Positions 41,021 to 51,045 of a stretch of 64,000 nt of DNA are shown here, piece after piece. Below the pieces are notes generated by a model, which had not been told where the DNA came from, ran no database searches, and was given only the letters and a program-made list of their open reading frames with translations. Within the stretch, counting starts at the first letter, position 1, and every line of letters begins with the position of its first letter. The stretch lies in assembly GCA_016874055.1 (NCBI GenBank), contig VGVG01000001.1:72816-136815 (forward strand). The letters run 5' to 3'. Origin of the DNA: Gammaproteobacteria bacterium (GTDB taxonomy: Bacteria > Pseudomonadota > Gammaproteobacteria > Steroidobacterales > Steroidobacteraceae). The position numbers and the translations under genes were made by a program.

Positions 41021-41422
41021 ATGGCAGCGGCCGCGAGCAACCGCGGTTCGCTTCACGGCGCGCCGACATTCGGCTTGCTCAATGGCCGAGCGTGCGGCAT
41101 CCACGCGATATAGCTCACCTGAGACTAGCTTTGCAGCAGTAGTCGCGAGATAGGTATCAGCCAAATCCTTAATTGGTGATCGTGAGGGCTTTGATACCGA
41201 CTACGCTTACAGAGGCGCGGCGAGCGTTTAGAGCTTGGGGAGATAATAGGCTGGCTCGCCTGCGGCCGGTAGCACCTTGTAGAGCTCGTTCGCCACCGTA
41301 CGTACTTAAGCCGCTGCCTCGCTACCGAATGCGACCCTTGAGGTCATCGTCTCGTCATCGACAGGGATTCCATTAATTCTCGCGAGCTCGAGCACGGAGG
41401 CAGACAACATCATCGAGCAAAC

Positions 41423-42454
41423 TCACCTGAAATACGGGATAACTTCTTTTGCGAATAGAGCAGCCTGCCGAACCATCCCCTCCTGACGTGGTCCGTGCGG
41501 GTGCGTGATGGGAGAGCCGCCCAACTGATAAATATGATCGAGACCCATCGCGATCAAAGGCTCGAGGCGCTCGCGACACTTGGCAGACGGCCCACAAATT
41601 GAGAACCAATCGACGAAACTATCAGGAACGTCGGCAAGATGACTACCCGCCTCCTGCGCGTGGCGCGTCATGTCATAACCTGTCCGCATCTTCGCTGCCA
41701 AATCTTTGAGCTGCGGTGGCAAGTGATCGAGCGGCGCGTCCTGCATACCTGCGAAATGGGCTACCATGCCCGAGATCATGCGGCCGAGCGCAATCGCCCG
41801 CCGCTCATCCGAATCACACACGAGATTAACGTAGGCCCCGATGCGGATGGATTCCCGCGGACGACCAGTTTCTGCGAGCCGCGCGAGAGCTACGTCCATG
41901 GCCCAACGAATGCGCTCGGGCGTACTGCCCACGGCAAAGCTGATCCGATCCCCGACATCGACGGCCATGCGTATGGTCTGCGGACCAGTGCAAGCGACGT
42001 CGATCAGAAGCGGTGCGACCGGCAGCGAGTCGTACCAGCGAATGCGCGATGGCGTGCCGTCACGATCCAGCGTCTCTCCGCGGGTGTACGCGCGCAACCG
42101 TTCGACGAAGGTGCGTAGCTGTGCGGTCGTGCCATTTCGTGCACCGATATGTGCAGCCGAGGAATCCCCACGACCGATGCCGCAGATCATGCGGCCATTG
42201 GACTCGGCTTGTAGCGTGGAGAAGGCACAGGCGGTCACGGCGACATCACGAGTGACCGGATTCGTCACGCCCGTACCTAGGCGCAGCGAGCGAGTGGTCT
42301 GCGTGGCGAGGGCCAGTTGCGAAAACGGATCAGGGCTCAGGTTTTGTGTGTCGGGGCACAACAAAATCTCGAATCCCATGGCCTCGATTTCTCGGGCGAG
42401 TCGCGCGGTGTATCCCGGCGACGCTTCCATCACGATCCCGAACTCCGTACTCAT
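41423..42454 (-). CDS. LLM-class (luciferase-like) flavin-dependent oxidoreductase
   Basis: MSTEFGIVMEASPGY .. LRLGTGVTNP.. is the bacterial luciferase-like fold. The ATG at 42452-42454 is preceded by GGAG. Confidence 0.8.
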   Translation of the reverse strand: MSTEFGIVMEASPGYTARLAREIEAMGFEILLCPDTQNLSPDPFSQLALATQTTRSLRLGTGVTNPVTRDVAVTACAFSTLQAESNGRMICGIGRGDSSAAHIGARNGTTAQLRTFVERLRAYTRGETLDRDGTPSRIRWYDSLPVAPLLIDVACTGPQTIRMAVDVGDRISFAVGSTPERIRWAMDVALARLAETGRPRESIRIGAYVNLVCDSDERRAIALGRMISGMVAHFAGMQDAPLDHLPPQLKDLAAKMRTGYDMTRHAQEAGSHLADVPDSFVDWFSICGPSAKCRERLEPLIAMGLDHIYQLGGSPITHPHGPRQEGMVRQAALFAKEVIPYFR

Positions 42455-42560
42455 CGACACTCCGTATTTCTTCTGCAGAGTGTAACCGCTCGCCAAACGC
42501 GCTACGATTCCGGCCACGGTTCGCCCGCATTCGGGTGTTAGGTTCACGGAGACTCTACGG

Positions 42561-43178
42561 ATGACACGATCGCTATGCAGCCTCATGATCGCCGGCCTTG
42601 CGGCCCTGACCCTTACCGCTCACGCCGTCGCCGACGAATACACCGAAACCAAAGAACTGTTTCGTCACGCCGGCCAGAGCACATCGTTCTTCGATCGCAG
42701 TTACGGATACGCCATCTTCCCGACCATCGGCAAGGGCGGGCTCGGCTTGGGCGGCGCTGGTGGGCGCGGTCGAGTCTTCGAGCAAGGTCGTTACATCGGC
42801 GACGTGCGCCTTACTCAGCTCAGCCTCGGTTTCCAGGCAGGCGGACAGGCCTACAGCCAAATCATCTTCCTGCAGGACAAGCGCGCGCTCGACGAATTCA
42901 CGGGCGGCGAGTTCTCGTTTGGCGCGGGCGTGAGCGCCGTCGCCATCACAGCAGCCGCGAGCGCGACCGCCGGCACCACCGGCTCCAGCGCCGGCATCAG
43001 CGGTGGCAAGCGCGATGCCACCACCACCGGTGAGTTCTACCGCGGCTTCGCGGTGTTCACGATCGCCAAGGGCGGCCTCATGTACGAGGCCGTGCTCTCA
43101 GGTCAAAAATATTCCTTTACGCCCGCCGGCACAGAAGAAACCGAGAAAAACACTAGACGGCAAACGCCTCGTCGTTGA
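42561..43178 (+). CDS. SYLF (Ysc84/DUF500) lipid-binding domain protein, secreted
   Basis: Signal peptide, then YGYAIFPTIGKGGLGLGGAGGRGRVF .. LSLGFQAGGQAYSQIIF. Confidence 0.75.
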   Translation: MTRSLCSLMIAGLAALTLTAHAVADEYTETKELFRHAGQSTSFFDRSYGYAIFPTIGKGGLGLGGAGGRGRVFEQGRYIGDVRLTQLSLGFQAGGQAYSQIIFLQDKRALDEFTGGEFSFGAGVSAVAITAAASATAGTTGSSAGISGGKRDATTTGEFYRGFAVFTIAKGGLMYEAVLSGQKYSFTPAGTEETEKNTRRQTPRR

Positions 43179-43188
43179 CCGAGAAAAC

Positions 43189-44577
43189 TTAGCGACGGTA
43201 ATCGAGAGGCGGAGCGCGATCACCCACCGCGCTCCGGTATTTGAAATCGGTCCCTCGGCGCTGCTCGAACTCTGCGCGGGCACGCGTGATGAGGCTAGGC
43301 TGAGTGAATAAATCGACCGCTGTCAGCGCGAGGATCTTACTTGCGTTCTCCATGCCCTTGAGACCAATGGTCATGCCGCCCGCCGCGACCGCCTGCCAGG
43401 AATGCGCCGGCGTACCCGGCACCCAGGTCGCAGTCCGAAGGCCAATGGTTGGCACCGTCCAGCTCACGTCGCCGATATCAGTGGATCCCATTCCGAGACG
43501 TCAACCGATCGGTTGCACTTCTCGCTCCGAGCCGAGTACAACATCAGTTTTACCGAGCGTTGCGAATAGTTTTTCTGCGAACGCCTGTTCGATCGCGTCG
43601 TAGTTCACGCCACCTACTCGCCGTAGGTTGACATCGACTGCGGCTGCGAATACATCGTTAGGCAGCAGACTATATGCATCATGAATCAGCTCATGCTTCA
43701 CGGTGGTACCAGTTCCCATTGCAGCAGCTTCAGAAACTGCGATCAGCCGATCAAAGATTTCGGCCATCACCACCGGATTGCGATGACGGACGTAATAAAA
43801 CACTTCGGCGAACTCCGGCACCACGTTAGGTGCATCGCCTCCGCGAGTGATGATGTAATGCATACGGGCATCTTCGGGCACATGCTCACGCATCAGGTTC
43901 GCCATAAAGTTCATGGCCTCCACTCCATCCAGAGCAGAGCGACCACGCTCGGGCGAAGCCGCCGCATGCGCAGCGATGCCGCTGAAGCGGAACTTCGCGC
44001 TCTTATTGGCGAGCGTGGGCTCGTTAGTGCCGGCGTTACGGTCCACTGCGTGCCAATGTAGCGCCACATCGACGTCGCTGAATAAGCCTTCCCGAACCAT
44101 GTACGACTTGCCCGCACCGCCCTCTTCGGCTGGTGTACCGTAAACGCGGATCGTTCCGCTGCGGCGATTGGCCGCCAGCCAATTTTTGATGGCGATACCA
44201 GCGGACGTCGAACCTGTGCCAAAGAGATGATGCCGACAGGCATGTCCGGAAATACGACCACGCAACGGTAACCTCTCCGGCACTGCGGCCTGTGACACGC
44301 CCGGCAATGCATCCATCTCCGCGAGGATGGCGATCACCGGCTTACCACTACCGTACTCGGCGATGAACGCGGTCGGCATGCCCGCAACACCAGCCTTGAT
44401 ACTAAACCCGGCTTCACGCAGTTCTTTTTGAAGCCGTATGCTGCTCTGTTCTTCTTGGTATCCGACTTCAGCCCAATTCCACAGTTGTAGCGCCACGGCT
44501 CGGTCGGCTACGCGACGGCCTTCGATGAATTCAAGCACCGCGCCATCGGCACTTACCACCGCAGAGAAAAAAGCCAA
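43189..44577 (-). pseudogene. M20-family amidohydrolase (AbgB-like) interrupted by an in-frame TGA
   Basis: ORFs 43501-44577 and 43189-43491 are in the same frame and read ..EREVQPIG*RLGMGSTDIGDVSWTVP.., which is contiguous M20D sequence across the TGA at 43501-43503. A possible extra shift lies in a T6 run (forward A6 at 44567-44572) between a signal-peptide-like start (GTG at 44611, MRFGALMTIFIFGFF) and the body. Confidence 0.7.
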
Positions 44578-44657
44578 AGATAAAGATTGTCATCAGCGCA
44601 CCGAAGCGCACCGAAAAGAGGGAACGTCGAGTTATTAGAGGAGCTCCGATCGAAGAA

Positions 44658-45161
44658 TTACCAACGAAGTCCGAGGCTACGATATGCCTTGGCAAGCACC
44701 CAAGGCGGTCCAATCATCAAATAAACGAGATCGGTGAAAAAGCTCGGTCGCCGCCCCTCGATGCGATGGCCTATGAATTGGCCGATCCAGGCGATGATGA
44801 ATACGGCGACACCGATTGCCAGTAACGCCATCGAACCCATCGCGTCGAGGATGAGCGCATTCACCCAAAGACCCGCAACGGTGAGGACCGCGATACCGAG
44901 CCCAAGCGGCAACGACATCCAGAGCCAGAACATCAACGACAGCGCCGCGAGCACCGCAGCGAGCATGCCGAAGGGCGGCAGCGCAGCGGCCAATGCGTCG
45001 GGCGTCGGTACTGCGTAGAGAATGGCCATCAGCGACCAGACAATCGCCGGCACGCAGAACACGTGCAAACGCTGATTGAGGGGATGCTGATGATCTTTCG
45101 AGTACGCGCTGAACCAGCGCTCCACGGGCCGATCAGTGGGTGAGATGTTCTGGGTATTCAT
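44658..45161 (-). CDS. DUF962 (Mpo1-like) membrane protein
   Basis: WFSAYSKDHQHPLNQRLHVFCVP .. GQFIGHRIEGRRPSFFTDL. The ATG at 45159-45161 was verified. Confidence 0.7.
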   Translation of the reverse strand: MNTQNISPTDRPVERWFSAYSKDHQHPLNQRLHVFCVPAIVWSLMAILYAVPTPDALAAALPPFGMLAAVLAALSLMFWLWMSLPLGLGIAVLTVAGLWVNALILDAMGSMALLAIGVAVFIIAWIGQFIGHRIEGRRPSFFTDLVYLMIGPPWVLAKAYRSLGLRW

Positions 45162-45175
45162 GGGGCTGAGCTTAC

Positions 45176-46389
45176 CTAAAGGGCCGCGCGATAGCCGCGC
45201 TCGAGCTGCGCGAGGCGATCCTCGAGCCGACCGGTATAACCCGCCGATAGGCGCACCCAACCCGGACTGATACCGGCGGCCTGTAGGGCCCCCTCGTCGA
45301 GCTCGCTGGAGGTGCTCGAGGCACTAGCACTCATCAGGGTATCGCTGAATCCAAGGCTGACTGCCATGTAGCCAAAATCTTCGGTGTTCTGAAGGTGCTC
45401 CATAAATCGATTGGCACGCGCTGTACTACCGAAATCAACGCTCAGTAAGCCGCCCGATCCGTAGCCAGGATTGGCCAGTCGTCGGAAGAGCGCATAGTCG
45501 GGGTGAGAGGATAATCCGGGGTAAACCACGTTAGCACCGAGCGCCTCGAGGCGCTTCGCATAGGCCAAGGCCCGCTCGGCATGCGCCGTCATGCGTAGAC
45601 CGAGATTGGGCAAACGCGTCGCCACCTCATAGGCGGCGCGGGGGTCCATCGTCGGACCAAGTAGCATCAGGCTTCCGGTATGCAAATCGTACATGCCATC
45701 AATGAAATCACCGTTAGCGCAAAGGCAGCCGGCGATGATATCTGAGGCGCCATTGATAAACTTGGTCAGACTATGGATGACGACATCGGCTCCATGCAAG
45801 GCGGGCGTGATGGTGACGGGTGAGAACGTATTGTCGACGATCAATTTCGCGCCGTGCTCATGAGCGATTGCCGCGAGAGCAGGCAAATCTGCGACACGCA
45901 AGGTGGGATTCGATACCGTTTCGCAATAGAGCACTCGAGTATTTTTTTGAATGCAGATTGCACCTTATCGAGATCCGACAGGTTAACGAAGGTCGTACTA
46001 ATATTCGCCTTACGCAGCAGGAAATCGTGAAGGAGCGCCCAGGTGCCGCCGTAGAGCGCCTGCCCTGTCACCACATGATCACCTGTATTGCAGGCGTGAA
46101 GTAATGCGCCGGAAATCGCCGCCATTCCGCTCGCCGTGCAATACGCGTGGGGAGTCCCCTCTAGCGCAGCGAGATGGCGCGCCAGCACCATTACCGTAGG
46201 ATTGAAATGACGCCCATACAAGAAGCAACCGCCTTTCGGACCTTCGCGTCCCTCGAAGAGTGCCGGTATCTTGCCGGCCTCTATCACGGTGAACGTCGCA
46301 CTAGTTTCGATGGAAAGATTGACTCCACGGTGTTCACCGAACTCATGACGCGAACGCGCCACTCGTACCATCGGATCGGTGACAGCCAT
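45176..46389 (-). pseudogene. Methionine gamma-lyase (plant-type Cys/Met PLP enzyme) with a homopolymer frameshift
   Basis: The N-terminal piece (HEFGEHRGVNLSIETSATFTV..YGGTWALL..DKVQSAFKK) and the C-terminal piece (VLYCETVSNPTLRVADL..HSLTKFINGASDIIAG..) are in different frames. The join is at the minus-sense A7 run (forward T7 at 45942-45948), and an A8 run would read KKNTRVLYCE. Confidence 0.75.
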
Positions 46390-46434
46390 TGGTTTCGATA
46401 AATCATCCAAGGCGCGTTCTCCCTAAAACCTTAC

Positions 46435-48105
46435 CTAACTGTGACTGACCGTATCATCAAGCGGCTCGATACGCGATGAATCGGTACCAAGGGGTGCGGA
46501 TCCCGTCGGTCGCTCGATGTATCGCCGTATCTTGCCACGCTCGCCATCGATGAGCTCGGACAGGCGACGACGGATATCCTGATCGGCGAGCGTGGGTCGA
46601 GTTTGTCGTCGCAGATAATCGATCCACGTCGGACTCTCGAAGCGTTCGATCCAACGAGTCGGATCATCGAGATCCTGACAGACTGACCAGCGCCGCGCGC
46701 CGTCACGTCGGCGAATCCGCCCCAATTCATTTATGACCGCGACAAACTCGACAGCGTTAGGTTTAGGAATGAGATACTCAATCGTCACTACGATGGGTCC
46801 CGCGGAAGCGTGCGGCGTAACTCGCGGAGGCTCCAAGGAAGCCGCTAGGTGCGGATCGAGTGATCCTGACTGCGCCACCAACACGGGCAGCCAGCGCGCC
46901 ACGACAAACGTGAGTATTGAAGATAAGGCCGCAACGGCAAGGGCCAAACGAAGGCCCACCTCAGAGGCCGCTAAACCCCAAAGCCAAGCTCCCAATGCCA
47001 TTCCGGCGAAGGCGAACGTTTGGTACATCGCAAGCGTTCGACCGGTCACCCACCGCGGCGACGACAACTGCACAGCGATGTTGAAGGTTGCAAGACCCAA
47101 GGTCCAAACGAGGCCCGCCACCACATGAGCGAGGAACGTCGTCGTCGCCCAAGGGCTCTGAGAAATGCCGAGCATTGCGAGCATCGCCACGGCGCAGAGG
47201 CCCTGCAGCAATGCATCGCTTGAGAAGCGCGCACGGAACGCAGCACTCGACAAAGCGCCGAGCATCGCACCGAATCCGAAGCCACCCAGCAGCACGCCGA
47301 AGGTCGGCGCACCGCCGCCTAAAAGATCGCGAGCGACGACGGGCATGAGCGCGGGTACCGCAGTGATCGGCACGGTGAAGAGCACGGCCCGGATCATAAT
47401 CGCGGTTAGGTTGGGCGACAGGCGAACGTAGCGAACGCCCGCAGAGATCGCCGTGACGAGCGGCTCGGGTGGTAGCGAACGCTCGGGCTTCGCAAGCTTC
47501 CAGCGCTTGAGTACAAAGATCAGACCAGCGTAGGAGACCGCATTTATGGCGAAAGCCGCCACGGCACCGGCTGCAGCAACGATCATACCTCCGATTGCAG
47601 GGCCGATACTGCGCGCTAGATTGAAGCCCATCGCGTTCGCCATGATGGCGGCCGGAATGGTCTCGCGAGGCACCTGTTCGGCTATGGAGGCTTGCCATGC
47701 CGGTGCGAAAGCAGCAGCTCCGCAACCGATGAAGAAGGTCAGCCACAACAACAACGTCGGGGTGATCATGCCGAGAAAGGCGAGAGCCGCCAGCACCAAA
47801 GACGCAAACAGCGCAAGGCACTGCGACAGCATCATGATGAGGCGTCTGTCGTAATTATCTGCGAGCGCGCCGGCGATCAGTGACAAGAGAAAGAATGGCA
47901 AGACACCAACAGCCTGAACGAGGGCAACCTGATCGGGTGCCGGTGCGATGAGTGCCATCTGCCATGAGGCACCCACAGTCTGAATCAGCCCACCGAACGA
48001 CGAGGCTAGCGAAGCCCACCACAACATCGCGAAAATGCGATATCGGAACGGCGCTAGGGTCGTTGCGCGCCAGCGCTGGAAACGGGACCTCGGAGATACG
48101 CTCAT
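46435..48105 (-). CDS. MFS transporter (MFS_3/EntS-like) with a C-terminal soluble extension
   Basis: A 12-TM-type hydrophobic core (FRYRIFAMLWWASLASSFG..) plus an approximately 130-aa hydrophilic tail. Confidence 0.8.
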   Translation of the reverse strand: MSVSPRSRFQRWRATTLAPFRYRIFAMLWWASLASSFGGLIQTVGASWQMALIAPAPDQVALVQAVGVLPFFLLSLIAGALADNYDRRLIMMLSQCLALFASLVLAALAFLGMITPTLLLWLTFFIGCGAAAFAPAWQASIAEQVPRETIPAAIMANAMGFNLARSIGPAIGGMIVAAAGAVAAFAINAVSYAGLIFVLKRWKLAKPERSLPPEPLVTAISAGVRYVRLSPNLTAIMIRAVLFTVPITAVPALMPVVARDLLGGGAPTFGVLLGGFGFGAMLGALSSAAFRARFSSDALLQGLCAVAMLAMLGISQSPWATTTFLAHVVAGLVWTLGLATFNIAVQLSSPRWVTGRTLAMYQTFAFAGMALGAWLWGLAASEVGLRLALAVAALSSILTFVVARWLPVLVAQSGSLDPHLAASLEPPRVTPHASAGPIVVTIEYLIPKPNAVEFVAVINELGRIRRRDGARRWSVCQDLDDPTRWIERFESPTWIDYLRRQTRPTLADQDIRRRLSELIDGERGKIRRYIERPTGSAPLGTDSSRIEPLDDTVSHS

Positions 48106-48160
48106 CTTGGATTTCGGCGTTGCGCAGCGAAGTGTACAGCCTGACAGGTATCATATTCAT

Positions 48161-49378
48161 ATGACTGTGACCCTCGCCTCGGTTCGTGAAGCCTGCGCCC
48201 TGCTCCAGGGACGCATCGTGCGCACACCCTGCCGACTCTCGCGGACGTTGTCGGCTATTACCGGCGCCCAGATCTATCTCAAGTTCGAGAATCAGCAGTT
48301 CACCGCAGCCTTCAAAGAACGTGGCGCCCTGATTCGTCTGCTCAAGCTCGATGCAGCGCAACGAAAGCGCGGTGTCGTAGCGATGTCGGCTGGAAATCAC
48401 GCCCAAGGCGTAGCGCACCATGCGACGAAGATGGGTATTCCGGCCACCATTGTCATGCCATCTAATACGCCGTTTAACAAAGTCCAGCAGACCCAGTTAC
48501 TCGGTGCGAAAGTCGTGCTGCACGGCGAACAACTGGCCGAGGCCGAGGCGCATGCCCACGAACTCGCCGCTCGCGAAAATCTAGTTTTTGTTCACCCCTA
48601 CGATGACGAGGACGTCATCGCCGGCCAGGGAACGATCGCACTCGAAATGCTCGAAGACCATCCCGAGATTGAACTTCTCTGTGTACCGATCGGCGGCGGC
48701 GGTTTGCTGTCGGGGATGGCCGTTGCTGCGCGGGGCGTGAAGGCCGACATCCAACTTCTCGGCGTACAGGTCAAGGCTTTTCCCGGCATGGTCAACGCCG
48801 TGCGCGGAGAGAGATTCGAATTCGGCTCGCAGACTATTGCCGAAGGCATCGCAGTGCGTAACGTCGGTAAAATCACCCGCGAGCTCATTACAAAATATGT
48901 CGATGACATCGTGCTTGTCGATGAAGCAGACATCGAACGCGCCATTAGTCTACTCATCTCGATTGAAAAAACCGTTGTTGAAGGTGCGGGCGCAGCAGGT
49001 CTCGCTGCGGCGCTTGCCTACCCTGATCGATTCCGGGGATGCAAAGCGGGGTTGGTTTTATGCGGCGGCAATATTGATACCCGATTGCTCAGCATCGTGC
49101 TGCAGCGACAACTCGTACGCGAACACCGGCTCGTCACGCTGCGTTTTGAGAGCGCTGATCAACCCGGTACCCTCGCCCGGATCGCCGCTATAATTGGTAA
49201 ATCTAGCGGTAATATCATCGACGTCACCCATCACCGCCTATTTCTCGATGTACCCGCGAAAGTTGCCGATCTCGACTTCACCATCGAGACGCGCCATGCG
49301 GAACACACCGATTCTTTGATCGCGGCGCTGCGCAAGGCCGGACTCTCGCCGCGCCTGCTCTCGGCAAGTGGCGGCTGA
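48161..49378 (+). CDS. ilvA: Threonine ammonia-lyase (short form with a single regulatory domain)
   Basis: YLKFENQQFTAAFKERGA (PLP lysine) and SAGNHAQGVA. The ATG at 48161 was verified. Confidence 0.85.
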   Translation: MTVTLASVREACALLQGRIVRTPCRLSRTLSAITGAQIYLKFENQQFTAAFKERGALIRLLKLDAAQRKRGVVAMSAGNHAQGVAHHATKMGIPATIVMPSNTPFNKVQQTQLLGAKVVLHGEQLAEAEAHAHELAARENLVFVHPYDDEDVIAGQGTIALEMLEDHPEIELLCVPIGGGGLLSGMAVAARGVKADIQLLGVQVKAFPGMVNAVRGERFEFGSQTIAEGIAVRNVGKITRELITKYVDDIVLVDEADIERAISLLISIEKTVVEGAGAAGLAAALAYPDRFRGCKAGLVLCGGNIDTRLLSIVLQRQLVREHRLVTLRFESADQPGTLARIAAIIGKSSGNIIDVTHHRLFLDVPAKVADLDFTIETRHAEHTDSLIAALRKAGLSPRLLSASGG

Positions 49379-49399
49379 TCGAAGGGAATCGGCGATACC

Positions 49400-51031
49400 T
49401 CAGCGCGGACACGTCTGAGGCGGCAACCCGGTTAGCGCCGTCACATCGGCATCCAACGGCAGGCCTCGTAACTCAAGATGTTGGATACCGGGCCGCGGCG
49501 TCGGGGCAAGCGTCACGGAAACTTGGATGAGACCACGCTCGCACTCAAGTAGCCAATCACCTCGAAGCGCATTTTTACTGTAAAGAAAACCGGGCCGCTC
49601 CCGGCACAAACCCATCGACTCGCGTAGTGCGGCAAACTCCGCTTGCCGACGTTCCTTAGAGCGGTCGAGAAATAAGTTCATCGCAGCTAGCCGATCGATG
49701 AGCACGCCGTCCCATGAGCTGATCAGCGTATTCACGCTGCGACGCGCCTCGACTAGCGCGGGTGCTAGCTGAACCTGACGTGGCACCAGAGCGTCGCTAC
49801 GGCGCAATATCGCAAGCGCCTCGTCGAACATGCCGCCCCATCCGGTGTAGGTTCGATTGCCGAGGGCAATCAGGCCGACGCCATACTCCGGTAACCAGCG
49901 CATCTGCGAGCCGAAGCCCGGTAATCCACCGCTGTGCGCCACCACATGGCCGAAGTCACAGGTCTGAGAGATGCCAAGACCAAACCCGTAGCCGCCGACG
50001 TTCAATCGGATATCGCCCGCTGCATCGCGTGTCACGACGGTCGGGCGAACCCGCCACATCTGTTGCATCTCGCGCAACGACGCGCGCGACAGCGGCGCCG
50101 TAGCCGGCGTATCACGTGCCGGCCACGCATCAAGGAATATCCCAACGTAGCGCGCGAGGTCATCAAGCGAGGTAAGCATGCCGCCCATGGATCCGAACGC
50201 ACCATCCGCGAGTTGCGGCTCAAGCTTCCATCGATCGTCCTCCAGACGATAGCCTCGCGCTAATTGCGCGCTAGGCACCGATTGTGGCTCGAGCGTAGTC
50301 GAGCGCATGCCGAGAGGGTCGAGAATATAACGTCGGACGTAAGCCGAATATGGTATTCCCGACACTCGCGAAATCACACGACCGAGAATGGCGAACGCGT
50401 AGTTCGAGTACTCGTAAGCAATACCCGGCGTGTTCGAGAATGCCAAACCCTCTCGCAGGAATTCATCGAACCGCGACTCCGATATGGCAAGCTGCTGATC
50501 ACCCCACGGGTTATCCTCGGGAAAACCCGGCGACATGGTAAGTAGATGTCGCAGCGTGAGACGCGGTGAGTCGGATGTCGGATAACGTAGCTTGCGCAGC
50601 TCAGGTACGTATTTTTCGACAAGGTCATCCAGCGATAGCTTGCCAGCATCCCGCAGTTGCAGAATGGCCATCGCCGTGAAGCTCTTGGTCATCGAAGCGA
50701 TCCGAAAAACCGTATCGGACTTCACGGGCGCGTTCGTTACCACGTCGCGCAAGCCCGCAACCCCAACATGAACCAGCGCACCATCGACGATGACTCCCCA
50801 AGCGGCTCCTGGAACTCTCTCTCGGGCGAGAAACGCCTGGATCCGCTCGTCGATCTCGGGGTACGCTTGCGCAAGTTGCTCGCGCCGAGCCGGATTGGCG
50901 AAAGTTGCAGGCGGAGCTACCCACGAGGGCGGACTCGCGGGCGCCGCCGTCGCGCTTACGCTCAATATCACCAAAGGGATCAGGCGAAGTCCAAAAGTCG
51001 AGTTACGATATCTCACCGGTTCGCCCCTCAT
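49400..51031 (-). CDS. Serine hydrolase of the beta-lactamase / PBP (class C-like) family, secreted
   Basis: Signal peptide, the SxxK motif (IASMTKSF), a YSN-like motif (YEYSNYAF) and an extra C-terminal domain. Confidence 0.8.
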   Translation of the reverse strand: MRGEPVRYRNSTFGLRLIPLVILSVSATAAPASPPSWVAPPATFANPARREQLAQAYPEIDERIQAFLARERVPGAAWGVIVDGALVHVGVAGLRDVVTNAPVKSDTVFRIASMTKSFTAMAILQLRDAGKLSLDDLVEKYVPELRKLRYPTSDSPRLTLRHLLTMSPGFPEDNPWGDQQLAISESRFDEFLREGLAFSNTPGIAYEYSNYAFAILGRVISRVSGIPYSAYVRRYILDPLGMRSTTLEPQSVPSAQLARGYRLEDDRWKLEPQLADGAFGSMGGMLTSLDDLARYVGIFLDAWPARDTPATAPLSRASLREMQQMWRVRPTVVTRDAAGDIRLNVGGYGFGLGISQTCDFGHVVAHSGGLPGFGSQMRWLPEYGVGLIALGNRTYTGWGGMFDEALAILRRSDALVPRQVQLAPALVEARRSVNTLISSWDGVLIDRLAAMNLFLDRSKERRQAEFAALRESMGLCRERPGFLYSKNALRGDWLLECERGLIQVSVTLAPTPRPGIQHLELRGLPLDADVTALTGLPPQTCPR

Positions 51032-51045
51032 CGATCATTAGCGAT

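Noticed and set aside
41173-41376. The 67-aa plus-strand ORF in the flavin reductase/LLM gap, and the 109-aa minus ORF at 40835-41164
   Set aside because: Both have Arg/Pro-rich composition and no motifs. The minus ORF overlaps the 3' end of the flavin reductase by about 185 nt. I treat both as non-coding or remnant sequence (see the finding on 41021-41422).
45942-45948. Programmed ribosomal frameshift at the A7 tract of the methionine gamma-lyase gene (and at the A5 tract at 5901-5905)
   Set aside because: Neither family has a known frameshift-dependent member, and no downstream stimulatory structure was noticed. Homopolymer indels from mutation or sequencing error are far more likely.
46435-46830. 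The C-terminal ~130-aa soluble tail on the MFS transporter as a new fusion
   Set aside because: As far as I recall, long MFS_3-type transporters of this size commonly carry such a tail. No motif was seen that would suggest a distinct function.
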